DNA from: Rhynchobatus australiae
Lineage: Eukaryota
NCBI GenBank assembly: GCA_034780895.1
Contig: JAUZTB010000062.1
Span: forward strand, 21,677,586-21,739,507
Length of the DNA stretch: 61,922 nt
Direction: 5' to 3'
Shown here: positions 57,141 to 61,922 of the stretch, one piece after another
Layout of the letters: each line of letters begins with the position of its first letter
Numbering within the stretch: the first letter of the stretch is position 1
Notes under the pieces: generated by a model
The model's database searches: none
Told to the model about the DNA's origin: nothing
What the model saw: the letters and a program-made list of their open reading frames with translations, nothing else
Made by a program: the position numbers and the translations under genes

Positions 57141-58904
57141 AATAATGTTTTGGACATTTTCCATTCCCGTCTTGCAAATGGATAGCTTTACATCATATAC
57201 ACGTTTGTTACTTTTAGTTTCAGAAATGTATTGGTGCATATGTAACTAAATTAAATCCTTCATTTATCGGTTGATTTAATTGATTTTCAAATTCATCCAG
57301 AGCACAGCCCTAATGAGATTATAATGAAGTTGTGCAGTGGTCAACATGAAGCTTCATGTCTAATTATAAACATGACATTCAATTTTCACCATTTGTAGCC
57401 TTTTGTTGTTTAATAAATAAGATACAAATATGATTTATTGTTTCAGTGGACTAAAAAAAAGTCAGTAAATCCCACAAGAAAATTCCCGATCTCAATTAGA
57501 CTATGAGAGGAGATGCAGCTCCTAATGTCTACTCTCTTTGCAGGACAAGCAGCAACCACGTGAGAAATCAATCTAGTAATTTGACTTTCTCCTAGTGAAT
57601 GACTCTGGTGTAACCAGCAGAGGATTAAGAAATGACTGTAACCTCACCTTTGCAAGCTGAGAAATGGTACATAATGTGGAAAGCTCGAGACAGCGAGAGA
57701 GACAAAACAGTGAAGAAAAAGTTGTAAAATATATGGATTTACTGAAGCAAATCTGGTGATTTCAAACTTCACAGAGAAGAGCCATTCAGATAATGACAGG
57801 AAATATAGTATTGCCAAGATGATATATTTTGTTCTTCTGAATTTTCAATTATTTTACATGTTCTTCCCATTTCAGTTCTTTCTATACTAAAAATTATTCC
57901 TTTAGTGACAGAGAAGGCACATCAGCTTTATATCTTGCTGCCTGAAGATGCTTGACTATGACAGGACAAGTCTCCATCCAAATTCCACCCCACTCACCAA
58001 TGAGTTTCTAATCTTTCTACTTAAATGTAATAATGATTGAAGGATGTAAATTCATTGATGAAAGGATTGTTCTGACACACAGTTTGCAGAAAGAATCTTA
58101 GTATTTCAATCTCAAACAACTGTTTATCATTGGACATTTGTCATCATACTTGGCTGGCTTACATCAAGCATCAAAACCTTTCTTTCTTTTACCTATTCAA
58201 ATCACTGCACCAAGATCATCTAAACAATGAAGATAATTTGCTTTAATTTCTTTAAACCAATATTTCCCATCACTCTAAACTATCACCTATAATACTTAAG
58301 TGTGAGAAGCTCTTGGATTTTTCTGTTATCAATTCAGAAGCCAGCCATGTTTGCTACTTTGATATCATCCACTTGACCACCAAACAATTCCTTCTTCCCA
58401 GGATTCCAGTGGTGTGAGCCTGGAAACTGTACAGCTCTCGATTTTCTCTCGATCCACCCATCGCACCCCACCCCTCATCCCCACCACCACATCTAAGCTC
58501 TTTCAGAGTTCATTTCTTTCCCTGATCCAAAGCTCCCACTCATACTAAACTGACAGTCACACGATATCCCTTCCAGCCTTCTACAATGTAAATGATTCCC
58601 CATTCTGAGGTAGTATTCATTCTGTTATTCATCATCCATCTTCACTTCTCCAGTTCTCAAAAACCCAGTCAATAACTTTCCTTGCAGGGAATTAGACCAT
58701 TTCCTTGTTCCTTTCTTCTCCAAGGTTATTAAGAAATAAACGTTTTCTTTCTAAGTGCTTTGTCCCAACAGCGTCCATATAATCCATATCACTGTTCAAT
58801 TTCCATCCCTCACACAATGCTGAAATGGCCTTACCTACACTCTCAAATGCTGAAATCATGCTGTATTAACTTTCCTTAAGCTCTCAATGAGACCATTAAC
58901 TGTG

Positions 58905-59725
58905 AAATCCGATTAAAGTTAACAAAACTTGCCCGATGGCATGCATCCTAGGATGATGAGGGATGTGTGTGGAGATGCAGAAGTGTTTTCCATAAACTTC
59001 TAAATCCTTTCTAGATGCAGGGAGGTGCTAGAGGATTGCAACATGGCAAATGTTTCAAAATGTTGCAAAATGTCAAAGGATAAACTAGAAACTGTAAGGC
59101 ANNNNNNNNNNNNNNNNNNNNNNNNNNNNNNNNNNNNNNNNNNNNNNNNNNNNNNNNNNNNNNNNNNNNNNNNNNNNNNNNNNNNNNNNNNNNNNNNNNN
59201 NNNNNNNNNNNNNNNNNNNNNNNNNNNNNNNNNNNNNNNNNNNNNNNNNNNNNNNNNNNNNNNNNNNNNNNNNNNNNNNNNNNNNNNNNNNNNNNNNNNN
59301 NNNNNNNNNNNNNNNNNNNNNNNNNNNNNNNNNNNNNNNNNNNNNNNNNNNNNNNNNNNNNNNNNNNNNNNNNNNNNNNNNNNNNNNNNNNNNNNNNNNN
59401 NNNNNNNNNNNNNNNNNNNNNNNNNNNNNNNNNNNNNNNNNNNNNNNNNNNNNNNNNNNNNNNNNNNNNNNNNNNNNNNNNNNNNNNNNNNNNNNNNNNN
59501 NNNNNNNNNNNNNNNNNNNNNNNNNNNNNNNNNNNNNNNNNNNNNNNNNNNNNNNNNNNNNNNNNNNNNNNNNNNNNNNNNNNNNNNNNNNNNNNNNNNN
59601 NNNNNNNNNNNNNNNNNNNNNNNNNNNAGAACAATGTGTAGGGGTCTGGAGAAAGTGCAAGAGAATGGGAATGCTCAATAAGCAGTTGGTGAAGTCACGA
59701 TGGGCTGAATAGCCTCATCTTGTGT
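58905..59725 (+). mobile_element. CR1 RT to 3' end (mostly gap)
   Basis: PDGMHPRMMRD..GEVLEDCNMANV..KDKLE before the gap; TGGGCTGAATAGCCTCATCTTGTG tail after it. Confidence 0.65.
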
Positions 59726-59949
59726 CAAAGACTCTTACACTGTAAATTTGATGGAACAGCGCACATCTGGTTCTGCCTATAACTATTCAATTGTAGTCAA
59801 TGGCATGCATGTTGTCCCTTGAGCATATATCTTTGGTTGTTTCTTTATCATTTACATGCTGATCCTTAGTGATGACAGCTATAGGCACAGTGCTGGCTAC
59901 ACTGATGACAACTAACCATTCCTTTCCATTACTTCCATATTTTCTTTAC

Positions 59950-60220
59950 AACATAGAGGTAGTCATTTCAGCCCATCATCTATGCAATCACACAGAGCAA
60001 TCCCATTTTTCCCCATAATCAACACCCCTCAGATCCCATAACCCACTGACACAAGGGGCAATTCACCCTGCCCAATTAACCTCCCAATTTGGGATGTAGG
60101 TGGAAAACAGAAACCCATGCATTGATAGGAAGAACATACAGCTCCACAAACATAGCACCAGAGGTCAGATTTGAACCCTAGAGCTGTAAGGCAGTAGTCC
60201 TACTAGTTGCTTCTACTGTG
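59950..60220 (-). mobile_element. Decayed HE1-type SINE
   Basis: GCCCAATTAACC..GGAAAACAGAAACCCATGC..CAGAGGTCAGATTTGAACCC, the reversed V core and B box. Confidence 0.55.
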
Positions 60221-61922
60221 GGTTTTCTCCCTGCCTCCTAGATTGCCTCATTGGTGTGCTCCTCACCTGACATCCAGCCATGGATGAACTACAATTTCCT
60301 TCANNNNNNNNNNNNNNNNNNNNNNNNNNNNNNNNNNNNNNNNNNNNNNNNNNNNNNNNNNNNNNNNNNNNNNNNNNNNNNNNNNNNNNNNNNNNATTAG
60401 GTCATGTGATATTCTTCACAAAGATTATCAAATTCTTTACTGCAACATCACCCTCATATGCCACAAACACACACATCCTGCTCTCATCAGTTCCAGACCC
60501 TGCTTTTACTCCTTCCTTCCATCCTCTCTAAACCTCAGTTCTTTGCTATCCATACCCTATGCTTTGCCAATTTCGATTTGACATCCACCTTTGCCTTTGG
60601 TTAGTTGGATTGTCTCAACATTAAAATTCTCACTCCGACACTCAAAATAGTCAATACTTCTCATCTCTTCTGACACTGCTTGAAGACAAGGGGTTATACC
60701 TATGATTACATCCATTAGTCTTCATGCTGTTTATGGAATTTGGAACAAAGGAGTCTAATTTCCCTACTTAATTACCAAAAGTAAAAATTGCAGCTATTTA
60801 AATTTAGTGGATTTAACCAGTCTCTTACTTCTGCATATTTTTAGGTTTAAATCTCTGGAACTAATGTAAATGTACACTAACAGAGAATCAAAGACAATAC
60901 TTAATCAAAACTAAGGATTAAAAAGATGCCTTAGAATGATAAGTTTCATTTCTTACATTTCATTCCCATTAAGGGCTGGATGATGTATAATCTAGTAACC
61001 ATTCCGGTCATCCTTTCTTCCACAAATTGCTTAAATATTCCATTATTCTACTTCAATTTAAAACTTATCCTCTGGAGAATGGAGTTGCATTATAACAGTA
61101 GAGGAAGAAGTGCAAGCTATATGATTGGACAACAATTCCCTATTCCATTAAAATGACATCTGTAACAGTCAAGAAATAACATAGCAACACTTAGAATGTG
61201 GAGATTCCTGGGTCTACAGGTAGTAACAGCAACTTATTAAAAGAGCTCAAGATTAGATATTACTTACTGTATTTTGGAACACCTTGTACACATAATGTGC
61301 ATATGCATGTGAATCACACACACATCTACATTTATAGTATATACTTGTCCCACTTGCAGATTTTCGACCTTTTCTTAGTGAACAAGTTCTGCATAATATG
61401 TTCTTAATAAGAAATATGTTCTTATCTTCTCAATAACATTTAAGGAGACACAACACGGTAAAGGAAATAGCTCGTTCTAAACTTCATATGGGTAAAAGTT
61501 AAAGCAAACTTTATACAGAAACCAACCAGCATCTTTTAAATCATTCTAAATCAATACCTACACAGAAAGAATATTCACTTCTAGGATCATTTATAAGAAA
61601 AACTGCAACTATTTTTGAGGTTTCAATATTATGAAACCAGATAACTCCATAATTATGAGGACATTTTCTTAATAAACAGGCATCCTCTAATCTAATGGAT
61701 ATTTGATTCTCAACCAATGTGATTTCCTTAAAATGTTCTTTGCGTTCCCTTATATATGTGAATAATTCATAATATAGTTAGCATCAGTACAGAAGCAGTC
61801 AGAATCTTACAAGTTTGACCTTTAAATCACAATATTGATTTCATTTCCTAAGGTTTAAAGCCAGTCATGATTTATAGTGCCTCACCAATTTATAACTCTT
61901 ACAATTTTAATAAAAGTAGTAA

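Noticed and set aside
58606-58615. TGAGGTAGTA, the 5' end of let-7
   Set aside because: The match stops after 10 nt and there is no precursor hairpin.
1-61922. CRISPR arrays, rRNA or prokaryotic/viral genes
   Set aside because: No regularly spaced repeats, rRNA motifs or gene-dense segments seen. The window is vertebrate-like throughout.

Overview
Vertebrate, non-coding-dominated draft genomic DNA, AT-rich with many N gaps. The repeat complement points to a cartilaginous fish (shark or ray): tRNA-headed V-domain/HE1-type SINEs, HER1/CR1 LINEs, L2, Rex1/Babar, RTE and Penelope-like elements (PLEs). I recognise no intact protein-coding gene. The long ORFs in the track are inflated by N runs or are decayed transposon frames. 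The window looks like a large intron or gene desert filled with fossil elements: a near-complete CR1 ORF2, a solo LTR with a 4-bp TSD, two PIF/Harbinger transposase fossils, a MITE and several nested insertions. The most striking signal is a family of about 10 PLE-derived short units, most carrying a minimal type I hammerhead-ribozyme motif (stem I-CTGA[T/A]GA-A-stem II-GAAACGT[C/T]-stem I'). The motif occurs in three stem-I variants. Several units are foldback palindromes, two of them with 11-12 bp target-site duplications, and the motif is physically linked to fossil PLE DKG and GIY-YIG coding sequence. Weaker signals are a possible minus-strand exon chain and several repeat-free, enhancer-like AT-rich islands. 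All family assignments come from by-eye motif recognition, not database searches.
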